NCBI GenBank assembly: GCA_963818475.1
Contig: CAWFSF010000002.1
Span: 256,001-320,000 of the forward strand
Origin: Nitrospirota bacterium
Lineage (GTDB): Bacteria; Nitrospirota; UBA9217
Length of the DNA: 64,000 nt
Direction: 5' to 3'
Positions 55,835 to 64,000 of the stretch are shown piece after piece; the stretch's first letter is position 1; each line of letters starts with the position of its first letter. The notes below the pieces were generated by a model. The model ran no database searches. It saw nothing but the letters and a program-made list of their open reading frames with translations, and had not been told where the DNA came from. Both the position numbers and the translations under genes were made by a program.

Positions 55835-55866
55835 AAAAGGAGCCCTGAAATCAGGGCTCCTTTTTT
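55835..55866 (+). terminator. Intrinsic terminator
   Basis: AAAAGGAGCCCTGAAATCAGGGCTCCTTTTTT. Confidence 0.88.
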
Positions 55867-55963
55867 ATTGCTATTCTCCTGCGTCTGGATCGTGATACGC
55901 ATCGACAGCGCCCCTATTGAAATTGCCCTTGTTATTATAACGCTATGTGTTACACTGTTCCTC

Positions 55964-56007
55964 ATGATTGTGAACTTCGGCGACATGAAGTGATTGACTA
56001 TCATTAA
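55964..56007 (+). pseudogene. higB: Internally deleted HigB-type toxin remnant
   Basis: ATG ATT GTG AAC TTC GGC GAC (MIVNFGD) joined out of frame to GAA GTG ATT GAC TAT CAT TAA (EVIDYH*), directly before higA. Confidence 0.7.
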
Positions 56008-56020
56008 GGAGAGTATCACG

Positions 56021-56227
56021 ATGTTTCAAGTAAAGAGACCCCCGACGCATCCCGGCGTAATATTGAAAGAAGATTTCCTGTCGCCTCTCGGGACCACGCA
56101 GACCGAGCTTGCGAAGGCGCTCAAGACTTCCTTTCGGACCATCAACGAAATCCTGAACGAGAAACGGAGCATAAGCCCGGACATGGCGCTTCGTCTGTCC
56201 CGTTATTTCGGGACCACGCCGGAATAG
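56021..56227 (+). pseudogene. higA: HigA-family antitoxin, C-terminally truncated
   Basis: PPTHPGVILKEDFL..TQTELAKAL..INEI..KRSISPDMALRLSRYFGTTPE then stop; lacks the usual W-x-N-L-Q helix. Confidence 0.8.
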
Positions 56228-56277
56228 GTTAAGAACTTTCACCGCTGAGGGCGCGAAGAGCGCAGAGGAAAAAGAGA

Positions 56278-56530
56278 ATGAAAGATAAGTCTCTTGCCAT
56301 TTTTGAAAACTACAACATCCGCAGAATCTACGATGAGGAAGCGGAAACCTGGTATTTCTCCGTTGTGGACATCATGCAGGCCTTGATCCAGCAACCCGAT
56401 TATCAAACTGCGCGGAAATACTGGAACAAGCTGAAGGAGAGGCTGAAAAGAGGGCAGCAAGTCGGTGACAAATTGTCACCGACTCAAGCTGGAGGCGGCC
56501 GACGGGAAAAAATATATGACCGATGTCGCT
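56278..56530 (+). pseudogene. Bro-N domain protein fragment
   Basis: AIFENYNIRR..WYFSVVDI..ARKYWNKLKERL; after a frameshift VTNCHRLKLEAADGKKYMTDVA, then similarity appears to end. Confidence 0.75.
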
Positions 56531-56785
56531 CTCAACGCATCAAACTTGCTAGACATGTTATCCTCCGTGAGACAAACATATCATTCGTCACTGCCAACTG
56601 TATGGCAGTCTAGAAAATAGCATTGTTCGGGATAAAATAACAAGGATATTGTTCATTTATCCTGCTAACAAGAATACATAGCCAACAAATAAAAAGGGAC
56701 CTGGATGACCAGACCCCTTATGCCCGTACTTTTTTCGTTGAAGCTGCTTGTCCAGCCTGCTTCAGGATGAAACCCACTCCAGGCT

Positions 56786-57073
56786 TTAAACCGTTCTCTT
56801 TGCCTTCAGCGTGATGAACAACTCGGCGTCCAGGGCGTTCGCGATCTTCTTGAGCGTTGCAAGATTCGGCAGGCCGTGGGTCAACCCCTCGATCCGGGCG
56901 ATTGTGGGCTGAGGCATGCCGGTTTTATCCGCGACATCCTGCTGCGTCATTTTCTTTTTCAGTCGCTGATTGATAATGCTCCGCGCCAGTTCGTACTCGG
57001 GCTGCATGTTTTCATGAGCGGCCTTAACCGTTTTGTCCTTGAGCAATTCTTTTCTGTGCGTTTTGTAGTTCAT
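56786..57073 (-). CDS. XRE-family HTH antitoxin
   Basis: RLKKKMTQQDVADKTGMPQPTIARIE..TLKKIANAL; overlaps the toxin stop by 4 nt. Confidence 0.88.
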   Translation of the reverse strand: MNYKTHRKELLKDKTVKAAHENMQPEYELARSIINQRLKKKMTQQDVADKTGMPQPTIARIEGLTHGLPNLATLKKIANALDAELFITLKAKRTV

Positions 57074-57435
57074 GATCCCGCCTGCCCCCTTCTTGAAAGG
57101 TATTCCTTCATCCGTTTTTCCGCTATCTCGATCTCACGGTGAGGCGTCTTGTCCGTCTTCTTCGTGAATCCGTGCAGGAGAACCAGCTTCCTGCCGGTAA
57201 ATGCAAAATAGAAAATGCGGTGTATGTTCTGTTTGTCCTTGATCCGTAGCTCGAAAAGCTTTCGCGTCCCGGTAATGGGCTTCACGTAGGGCTCCCGCAC
57301 ATTCAAGCCGTACTCGGTGAGAAGGTCCGCGATAAAGATAAACTTCGCCTTGCTGTCCGGCGAAAGAGCGTCGATGAACTCCTTTATCGGTGATCGGTCT
57401 CCATCGGAAACGAAATACTCTATCGCCCATTCCAT
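57070..57435 (-). CDS. RelE/ParE-superfamily toxin (Gp49/DUF891-like)
   Basis: SPIKEFI, REPYVKPI, LFELR, RIFYF, VLLHGFTKKTDKTP.REIEIA. Confidence 0.9.
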   Translation of the reverse strand: MEWAIEYFVSDGDRSPIKEFIDALSPDSKAKFIFIADLLTEYGLNVREPYVKPITGTRKLFELRIKDKQNIHRIFYFAFTGRKLVLLHGFTKKTDKTPHREIEIAEKRMKEYLSRRGQAGS

Positions 57436-57444
57436 GACCCAGTA

Positions 57445-57462
57445 TATAGCATTAATGCTATA
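57445..57462. promoter_or_regulatory. Perfect palindromic operator of the TA pair
   Basis: TATAGCATTAATGCTATA, 9 bp upstream of the toxin ATG. Confidence 0.75.
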
Positions 57463-57599
57463 AGCGCAAGTAAAAAGACCTCCGGTTTCTCAGGGGTCTT
57501 ATGCCCGTTTTATGCCCGTCAGACCGGAGAATCTGCCAAATTACCGTATCTACTGCCAAAAGCGAGCGAAGATAAGCCTTTATTTCCACAAGGATTACG

Positions 57600-58032
57600 T
57601 TGTATTATTGAGCATCTCGCAGAGCGGCCCGCTCCGTTAGTCTCGCTCTGCCTGAATGAAATTTTTGACCCGTCTAAGGCCACATCCGCTCGATCGCGCA
57701 AACTCGGCCTCCCCGACCTCGTCGGGACAGGTCGGCCTCAGACAGTGCGCGCTCACCCTTGCGGGACGCTTCTTTAGGCCAAGACGGGTGCACAAAAATT
57801 TCATAGGGCCGCTCCGTGGACATGCGGGGTTGGTTTAAAGACGTTTCACTAAAAGCTTCCCATGCGAAAATCTAGGCATGCGACCGAGTCCGTAGGGTTA
57901 AACATTTCAGACTGTCTGAGCCCGAAGGGCGAGTTTCTGAAATGTACCGAAGGACGACCGAGCATGCCGTTAAAGATTTCCGCCGGGTGCCCTTCTTTCG
58001 GTTACCTTTCTTGGGCAAGCAAGAAAGGTGAC
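57600..58032. repeat. Highly structured non-coding element (nested hairpins, MITE-like)
   Basis: ATGAAATTTTTG.ACCCGTCT pairs with AGACGGGT..CAAAAATTTCAT; AAACTCG-hairpin-CTCAGACAG recurs inverted; ends TTACCTTTCTTGGGCAAGCAAGAAAGGTGAC. Confidence 0.65.
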
Positions 58033-58126
58033 AGAAAATGCGAAGAATGGCGTAAATACTGCTTAATAAATCATATAGGCGCTTGTTCACACCCACATGA
58101 AAGCCTGAAGACCCACATAATCTAAC

Positions 58127-58159
58127 AAAAAAACCGGGACCCCTGTTCGAGGTCCCGGT
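58127..58159 (-). terminator. Intrinsic terminator after glnA
   Basis: Minus strand ACCGGGACCTCGAACAGGGGTCCCGGTTTTTTT. Confidence 0.85.
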
Positions 58160-58186
58160 CGCTGGTGTTCACCTGGTTAGAGTGAT

Positions 58187-59603
58187 CTATATGTCGTAGT
58201 ACAGGAAGAACTCGTAGGGATGGGGCCGCAGACGGAGCGCGTCCACTTCCTTGGTCCGCTTGTAGTCGATCCACTTCTCGATGGCGTCCTTGGTGAACAC
58301 ATCGCCCTTCAGCAGGAAGCTGTGGTCCGCTTCGAGGTTGTCCAGCGCTTCTTCGAGCGAACCCGGCATGGACGGAACCGATGCCAGTTCTTCGGGCGCC
58401 ATATCGTAGATGTCCTTGTCCAGCGGCTGGCCCGGATCGATCTTGTTCTCGATGCCGTCGAGACCTGCCATCAGCATGGCCGCGAACGCGAGATAGGGGT
58501 TGCACGACGGGTCGGGGAAGCGGACCTCGACGCGCTTTGCTTTCGGATTGGCGCTGTACATGGGGATGCGGATCGAGGCCGAGCGGTTCCGGCTGGAGTA
58601 GGCCAGGTTCACCGGCGCTTCGAAGCCCGGGGTCAGACGCTTGTAGGAGTTCATGGTCGGGTTGGTGAAGGCCGCGATGACCTTCGCATGCTTCAGGATG
58701 CCGCCGATGTAGTGCAGCGCCATCTGGGACATGCCGGCATACTGGTCGCCGTGGAACAGGGGCTTGCCGCCCTTCCAGATGGACTGGTGGCAGTGCATGC
58801 CCGAGCCGTTGTCGCCGAAGAGCGGCTTCGGCATGAAGGTCACGGTCTTGTTGTGGCGCTTGGCCACGTTCTTGATGATGTACTTGAAATACATGACCTG
58901 GTCTGCGCACTTCACGAGCGGGATTGAAGCGGATGTCGATCTCGGCCTGGCCGGCGGTCGCCACTTCGTGGTGCTGACGCTCGACGTAGATGCCGACCTT
59001 CTGCATCTCCATGCACATCTCGGTGCGGATGTCCTCCTGGGAGTCGATGGGCGGCACCGGGAAGTAGCCTTCCTTGTGGCGCGGCTTGTAGCCGAGGTTC
59101 GGCTTTTCATCACGGCCGGTGTTCCAGACGCCTTCCGAGCTGTCGATGTGATAATAGCCTTCATGGGAGTTCTGATCAAAGCGGACGTCGTCGAAGATGA
59201 AGAATTCCGGCTCGGGGCCGAAGAAAGCGGTGTCGCCGATGCCGGTGGACTTGAGGTATGCCTCTGCTTTCTGGGCGATGAAGCGCGGGTCGCGGGAATA
59301 GCGCTCCTTGGTGATCGGGTCGACGATGTTGCAGATGAGCGAGAGCGTCGGGTACTGCGTGAAGGGGTCCATCACCGCGGTTTCCGGATCAGGCACGACC
59401 AGCATGTCGCTCGTGTGAATGGACTGCCAGCCGCGGATGCTGGAACCGTCGAACCCGAGGCCTTCCTCGAAGATGCCCTCGGTCAGCTCGTCGACCGGCA
59501 CGGAAAAGTGCTGCCAGAGCCCCGGGAAATCCATGAACTTGAAGTCCACCATTAAAGCCTTGTTGTCCTTTGCCATCTTTACTACGTCTTTCGGTGTCGC
59601 CAT
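58187..59603 (-). CDS. glnA: Glutamine synthetase type I-beta (frameshift near 58922)
   Basis: [66 protein letters not shown]. Confidence 0.97.
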
Positions 59604-59687
59604 GTTGCTTCCTCCTCAAATGAGAATTTAGCGGTCAGGAGTCAGAGCAGAAGATTTCGCGTTCCCACTCGCTCCAGTATTCTTTCT

Positions 59688-60086
<399 letters not shown>

Positions 60087-60120
60087 TCAGCAGGTTATTT
60101 TCCGGGGAAATGGAGGCAGC

Positions 60121-60156
60121 TGCATTATATTTAATCAGCTGCACAAACTATAGGCA
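60121..60156. promoter_or_regulatory. Tandem 17-bp NtrC-like sites upstream of glnB-glnA
   Basis: TGCATTATATTTAATCA-GC-TGCACAAACTATAGGCA. Confidence 0.62.
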
Positions 60157-60158
60157 GG

Positions 60159-63100
60159 TCATTGTTTTACTTTCTCGTTTTTTCTGTTCTTTTCCTGGCG
60201 TTCGATCTTCTCTCCCTCCTGGAAGAACTTGGCGGAAATATCCCGCTCGATGTCGTTCTTCAGCTGGTCCATGGAAACGTACTGGCCTTGCTGGAGATCC
60301 TGGAGCTTCGAGGCTGCGTCACGATACCCCTGATTCGCATTGTATACTTCCTGGAACTCGGCGAGCGCGGACTCAACATCACCCGACCCCTGGTAGGCAA
60401 GACCGAGGTCGTAGTGCATATCAATGCGTTCGTCCGCGCTGCCGCGGTAGGTCATGGAATAGTTCAGGGCATTATTGAGCTCCGTGATCGCTCCCTGATA
60501 GTCCCCCTGCTCCATGTAGCAGAGCCCGAGCAGATAGCGGCTCTGCACGAATTTCGTCTCTCCCTCGGGCGTCAGAATGAACTCGGCAATGGCATCGTCA
60601 AGGAGCCCCATTTCCTTATAGGAAACACCGAGATTATAGTGCGTATCGGCATCCTGCTTCCCTTCCTGCGCCTCAACACCCTTCTTGAAGTCCTCAAAGA
60701 TATCATCCAGGGTCTGCTCCTCGGCCGCTGCTGCCGGCTGCGGCGAGACCGAAACGGTGCTCAACTCGTCCCTGAGTTCGGCAGCAAGATCGAAGAAATC
60801 GTCCGTAGGCGGCGCCGGTTTCGGGGCCGCTGCCGGCGTTGACATCTTGCCCAGCTCTTCGCCGAGATCGAAGTAATCCTCTTCTGCAGACGCGGCCGGC
60901 GGCGCAGGTGGCGCTGCTCGCCGATCATCCCTGGGAACTGCCGGCTTCGAGAACGGCGTTTTGGGCGGCGACGGCGCGGCCGCTCTCGGCGGCGCTGGTT
61001 TCAGTGTTTTTTCGAGGGGAGGGACAACAGCTGCCGGCCTCTTCGGCGGGACCGGCTTTTGCAGCGTCTGGATCTCCTGCATCAGGTTCCGGACCGCCTC
61101 TTCATCGGACTCGCTCGACGCGAGCTCACCGTCGAGCGACCCTGACGGCATAAAATCCTCGAGGTCCTCGACCGCTTCGGCCAGCTGCGAAAACTCCTGC
61201 GATTCTTCGGCCTCGCGGGAGATCTCGGTCAACCGCGCGATGGCCCGCATGTCGCCGGGATTAAGCTGGATAATCCTGGCGTAGTGCTTCTTCGCCTCAT
61301 TGAACAGACCCTGCTGGTAGAAGAACTCCGCTTCGGCCCAGACCTCGCTGATATCGATATCTGCGAGCGGCTCCCCTCCGTCCAGGGATTCTTCTGCCGC
61401 TTCCGGTTCCGGCTGTTCTTCCTCGTAGGGCGGCTCTTCTTCAACAGGAGATGCGGCATAGGGCTGTTCCTGCCGTTGTGCGATGTCCGGGACATACTCG
61501 GTCCTCAGTTGCCTGGACAGTGGTTGCTCAACAGCGGGAGTTGCCTGAATGGGTGGCTTGTTGACCGGCGGCTCAACAGCGGGCTGTTCCACAGCCGGGG
61601 CCTCTTCATACTGCAGGGCCTCGTCAGGAGCGAAGTCGGTCATGAACGGCTCAGGCAGTTCCGGCGCTCCCAGCTCGATCGCCTCGCCGGGTGCTTCCGC
61701 GAGGCTGTCCATGGGCTCAACGTGCGCATCCAGACCGCCCAGATCAAAGTTCGCATGTTCAGACTGAAACGCCGGGTCTTCTGTCAGCAAATCGTCGGCA
61801 AAAACCGGCGGGGGCATCTCCTCCGTTTCAGCGGCAGCTGACGGAGCCAGGCCGAGGCGCGCTCGTATGGCCGTGCTTTCCGGGAACATCTCCAGAGCAG
61901 CACGGAGAGACATCTCCGCACGCTCGGACATGCCCTCGCGGTCGTACAGCGCTGCCAGTGCCAGCACATGCTCAACGGCCTTCCCGGCATTGCCCCCTTC
62001 CTGGTAGAGATCGCGCAAACGTGCATGTACCTGCGGACTGTTCGGAAAGCGCTCCGACAATCCCTCGAGCTGCTCGATCGCCTTTACCGCAAGGCCGTAT
62101 TTCATGAGCACTTCCACTTCGGCGAAAGCCTCGGTCAGGGCAGGGGGCGCTTCGAATGCGGACGGTTTTGCCGCTGCGGGTGCTGCGGGTGTTTCGGGTG
62201 CTTCGGGGCTGTCGGATGTTTCGAATGCTGCGGGCGCTTCGAGTGCTTCTATTGCTTCAGGCACTTCAGGTTCCGCAGCCGGAACGTGAGGCATCTCGAT
62301 CGCGGGAGCAGCAGGCCGCTGCAGGCTTTCGAGGCGGCTCTGCGCTCCGGCATGGGCCGGCGCCAGCCCGACGGCCCGGGCAAGAAGATTTTTGGCGCCT
62401 TCCCGGTCGCCGTCCTCGATCAGGATCTCAGCGGCCTGCACAAGCTCGTCAGCCGCATTGTTCGGCTTGCCGATGTTCTGATAGAATTCGGACAGCTTGC
62501 AGCGACCGTCAATGCTGCGGGGGTCTTCCGCAACAAATCCCTTCAGAATCTCTTCGGCGGCATCGAATTCCTTGCTCTCGATGCGGACGGCAGCTATGGC
62601 TCCTGCTTCGGACAGCGCCTTGTCAAAATCTTTTTTTGCGAGATAGAGGCGGTAGAGCTTGTCGCGCAGATCGATCCGTCCGGGGTCCTGGGACAGCAGC
62701 TTTTTATAGATCTCTTCAGCGTCGGCATCGCGTCCGGCCTTGGAAAGGGATTCAAGATACAGTTCGAGCAGTTCCTGGTTGGAGGGATCGGCATCGAAGG
62801 CAGGCTTGAGGGCCTTGCACGCGTCATTGAACTTGCCTTCCTTATGATAGATGACACCGGCCTTTTGGTAGACCGCCTTGTTGTCCGGATCGAGAGCGAG
62901 CACTTTCTGGAAGATCTCGCGGGCATCCGGGAAAGCGTTCTGGGACACATGGACATCGGCAGCAGCAAGATAGGCACGGGACGCTTCGTTCTTCATCCCC
63001 TCCTTGGCGTACATGTCCGCCAATCTGAGCCGGAGGGCGATGTCCGCCGGCTTCATGTCCGCCATTTTTTGTAAAATTTCGAGGGACTTGGCCACCTGCT

Positions 63101-63479
63101 TGTGCTTCGTATAATGGCTGTAGACGAATTTGTAGTTTTCGAGGGCGTTGCCGATGAGGCCCTTTTCCGCGTTCATATCGCCGAGTATGATATGAACGTC
63201 GATCTGGGAAGGATCGATGTTCAGGACCTTCTTGTAGAGAGCAATGGCTTTTGAGGTGAATCCGTCGGCGGCAAGAAGGTCGCCGGCCCGTTTATACGCT
63301 TCAACCGCTTCTTTCTTGGAGTCCTTCTTAAGGCACAGGTCTCCTATCGTATTGAAAAGATTGGGATCGTTCGGTGACTCCTTGACGATCTTCTTCCACT
63401 CCGCGATGGCCTTATCGAACTGGCCCTTGGCAGCAAACTTCTGCGCCTCTTTCGCTATCGCGTTTTTGTCGATTGCCAT
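60159..63479 (-). CDS. Large TPR protein with acidic/Pro-rich linker (architecture resembles SgmX-type pilus regulators)
   Basis: N-terminal TPR array, E/P/A-rich middle, C-terminal TPRs (DADTHYNLGVSYKEMGLLDDAIAEF). Confidence 0.8.
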   Translation of the reverse strand: MAIDKNAIAKEAQKFAAKGQFDKAIAEWKKIVKESPNDPNLFNTIGDLCLKKDSKKEAVEAYKRAGDLLAADGFTSKAIALYKKVLNIDPSQIDVHIILGDMNAEKGLIGNALENYKFVYSHYTKHKQVAKSLEILQKMADMKPADIALRLRLADMYAKEGMKNEASRAYLAAADVHVSQNAFPDAREIFQKVLALDPDNKAVYQKAGVIYHKEGKFNDACKALKPAFDADPSNQELLELYLESLSKAGRDADAEEIYKKLLSQDPGRIDLRDKLYRLYLAKKDFDKALSEAGAIAAVRIESKEFDAAEEILKGFVAEDPRSIDGRCKLSEFYQNIGKPNNAADELVQAAEILIEDGDREGAKNLLARAVGLAPAHAGAQSRLESLQRPAAPAIEMPHVPAAEPEVPEAIEALEAPAAFETSDSPEAPETPAAPAAAKPSAFEAPPALTEAFAEVEVLMKYGLAVKAIEQLEGLSERFPNSPQVHARLRDLYQEGGNAGKAVEHVLALAALYDREGMSERAEMSLRAALEMFPESTAIRARLGLAPSAAAETEEMPPPVFADDLLTEDPAFQSEHANFDLGGLDAHVEPMDSLAEAPGEAIELGAPELPEPFMTDFAPDEALQYEEAPAVEQPAVEPPVNKPPIQATPAVEQPLSRQLRTEYVPDIAQRQEQPYAASPVEEEPPYEEEQPEPEAAEESLDGGEPLADIDISEVWAEAEFFYQQGLFNEAKKHYARIIQLNPGDMRAIARLTEISREAEESQEFSQLAEAVEDLEDFMPSGSLDGELASSESDEEAVRNLMQEIQTLQKPVPPKRPAAVVPPLEKTLKPAPPRAAAPSPPKTPFSKPAVPRDDRRAAPPAPPAASAEEDYFDLGEELGKMSTPAAAPKPAPPTDDFFDLAAELRDELSTVSVSPQPAAAAEEQTLDDIFEDFKKGVEAQEGKQDADTHYNLGVSYKEMGLLDDAIAEFILTPEGETKFVQSRYLLGLCYMEQGDYQGAITELNNALNYSMTYRGSADERIDMHYDLGLAYQGSGDVESALAEFQEVYNANQGYRDAASKLQDLQQGQYVSMDQLKNDIERDISAKFFQEGEKIERQEKNRKNEKVKQ

Positions 63480-63583
63480 AGTTTTTTAAAATACCATAAA
63501 GCTTCGAGTGGAAGTCAACAGTATCATGGCTTGGGCATCTTATACCTTGATTTTATATATCAATCATGTTACATATGAAAATC

Positions 63584-64000
63584 ATGGCACTTCGAGACAT
63601 TTGCACCTATCCTGACCCCGTGCTCAGGACCAAAACAGCCCGCGTGGGCGCCATCGACAACACTATCAACCGGCTGATCGACGACATGATCGAGACCATG
63701 CATGCAGCTCCGGGAGTAGGCCTGGCAGCGAACCAGGTCGGCGTGTCGCTCCAGCTCGCGGTGATCGACCTGAGCCAGGTGGAGGACGAAGCCCGGCGCC
63801 ATCCGCTCCTGGTCCTGATCAACCCCGAGGTCCTGTCCCTGGAAGGCTCGGTGACCGAGGAGGAAGGCTGCCTCAGCATCCCCGAGTACGCCGAGACCGT
63901 GAAACGCGCGGCAAAGGTCAAGGTGCGGGCGCTCGACCGCTCCGGCAAAAACATTCGAACTGGAAGCCCAGGGACTGCTCGCCAAGGCCCTTCAGCATGA
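63584..64000 (+). CDS. def: Peptide deformylase (partial)
   Basis: YPDPVLR, GVGLAANQVG, LINPE, EEGCLSIP; start of the QHE motif at the window edge after a frameshift. Confidence 0.95.
   Translation: MALRDICTYPDPVLRTKTARVGAIDNTINRLIDDMIETMHAAPGVGLAANQVGVSLQLAVIDLSQVEDEARRHPLLVLINPEVLSLEGSVTEEEGCLSIPEYAETVKRAAKVKVRALDRSGKNIRTGSPGTARQGPSA

Noticed and set aside
55900-58100. Prophage or integron
   Set aside because: No integrase, phage structural genes or clear attC sites; only TA and Bro-N fragments.

Overview
GC-rich bacterial chromosome segment from a probable dissimilatory sulfur-cycling anaerobe; gene content and style suggest Nitrospirota or Desulfobacterota, which is an inference. Many conserved genes carry single-base frameshifts, most simply explained as uncorrected long-read errors. 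Contents in order: (1) adk-sat-aprBA-qmoABC-CBS-hppA sulfate activation module, 1-10.8 kb; (2) rdgB, rho, rpmE, DUF1385, prfA, prmC, murA, hisD, hisG; (3) an ~11.8 kb accessory block splitting the his operon. It includes a TonB receptor, an unannotated 32-aa CC-motif peptide, a radical SAM/SPASM enzyme, a periplasmic binding protein and a histidine kinase; (4) hisCBHAF; (5) a 13 kb five-gene DUF11 operon; (6) a second adk, a sigma54 activator, GSIII, a decaying toxin-antitoxin patch, glnA, glnB, a TPR protein and def. The strongest candidate for an undescribed system is the DUF11 operon. Its proteins carry split DUF11 domains: C-terminal halves with Lys/Asp and N-terminal donor strands with Asn. 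This suggests a donor-strand-complemented, possibly isopeptide-crosslinked pilus with tip, shaft, chaperone-like and OmpA/beta-barrel anchor components. The peptide/rSAM/TonB/kinase cassette is the second candidate. A family of short inverted tandem-repeat elements occupies many gene junctions, and one copy lies in-frame inside hisF.
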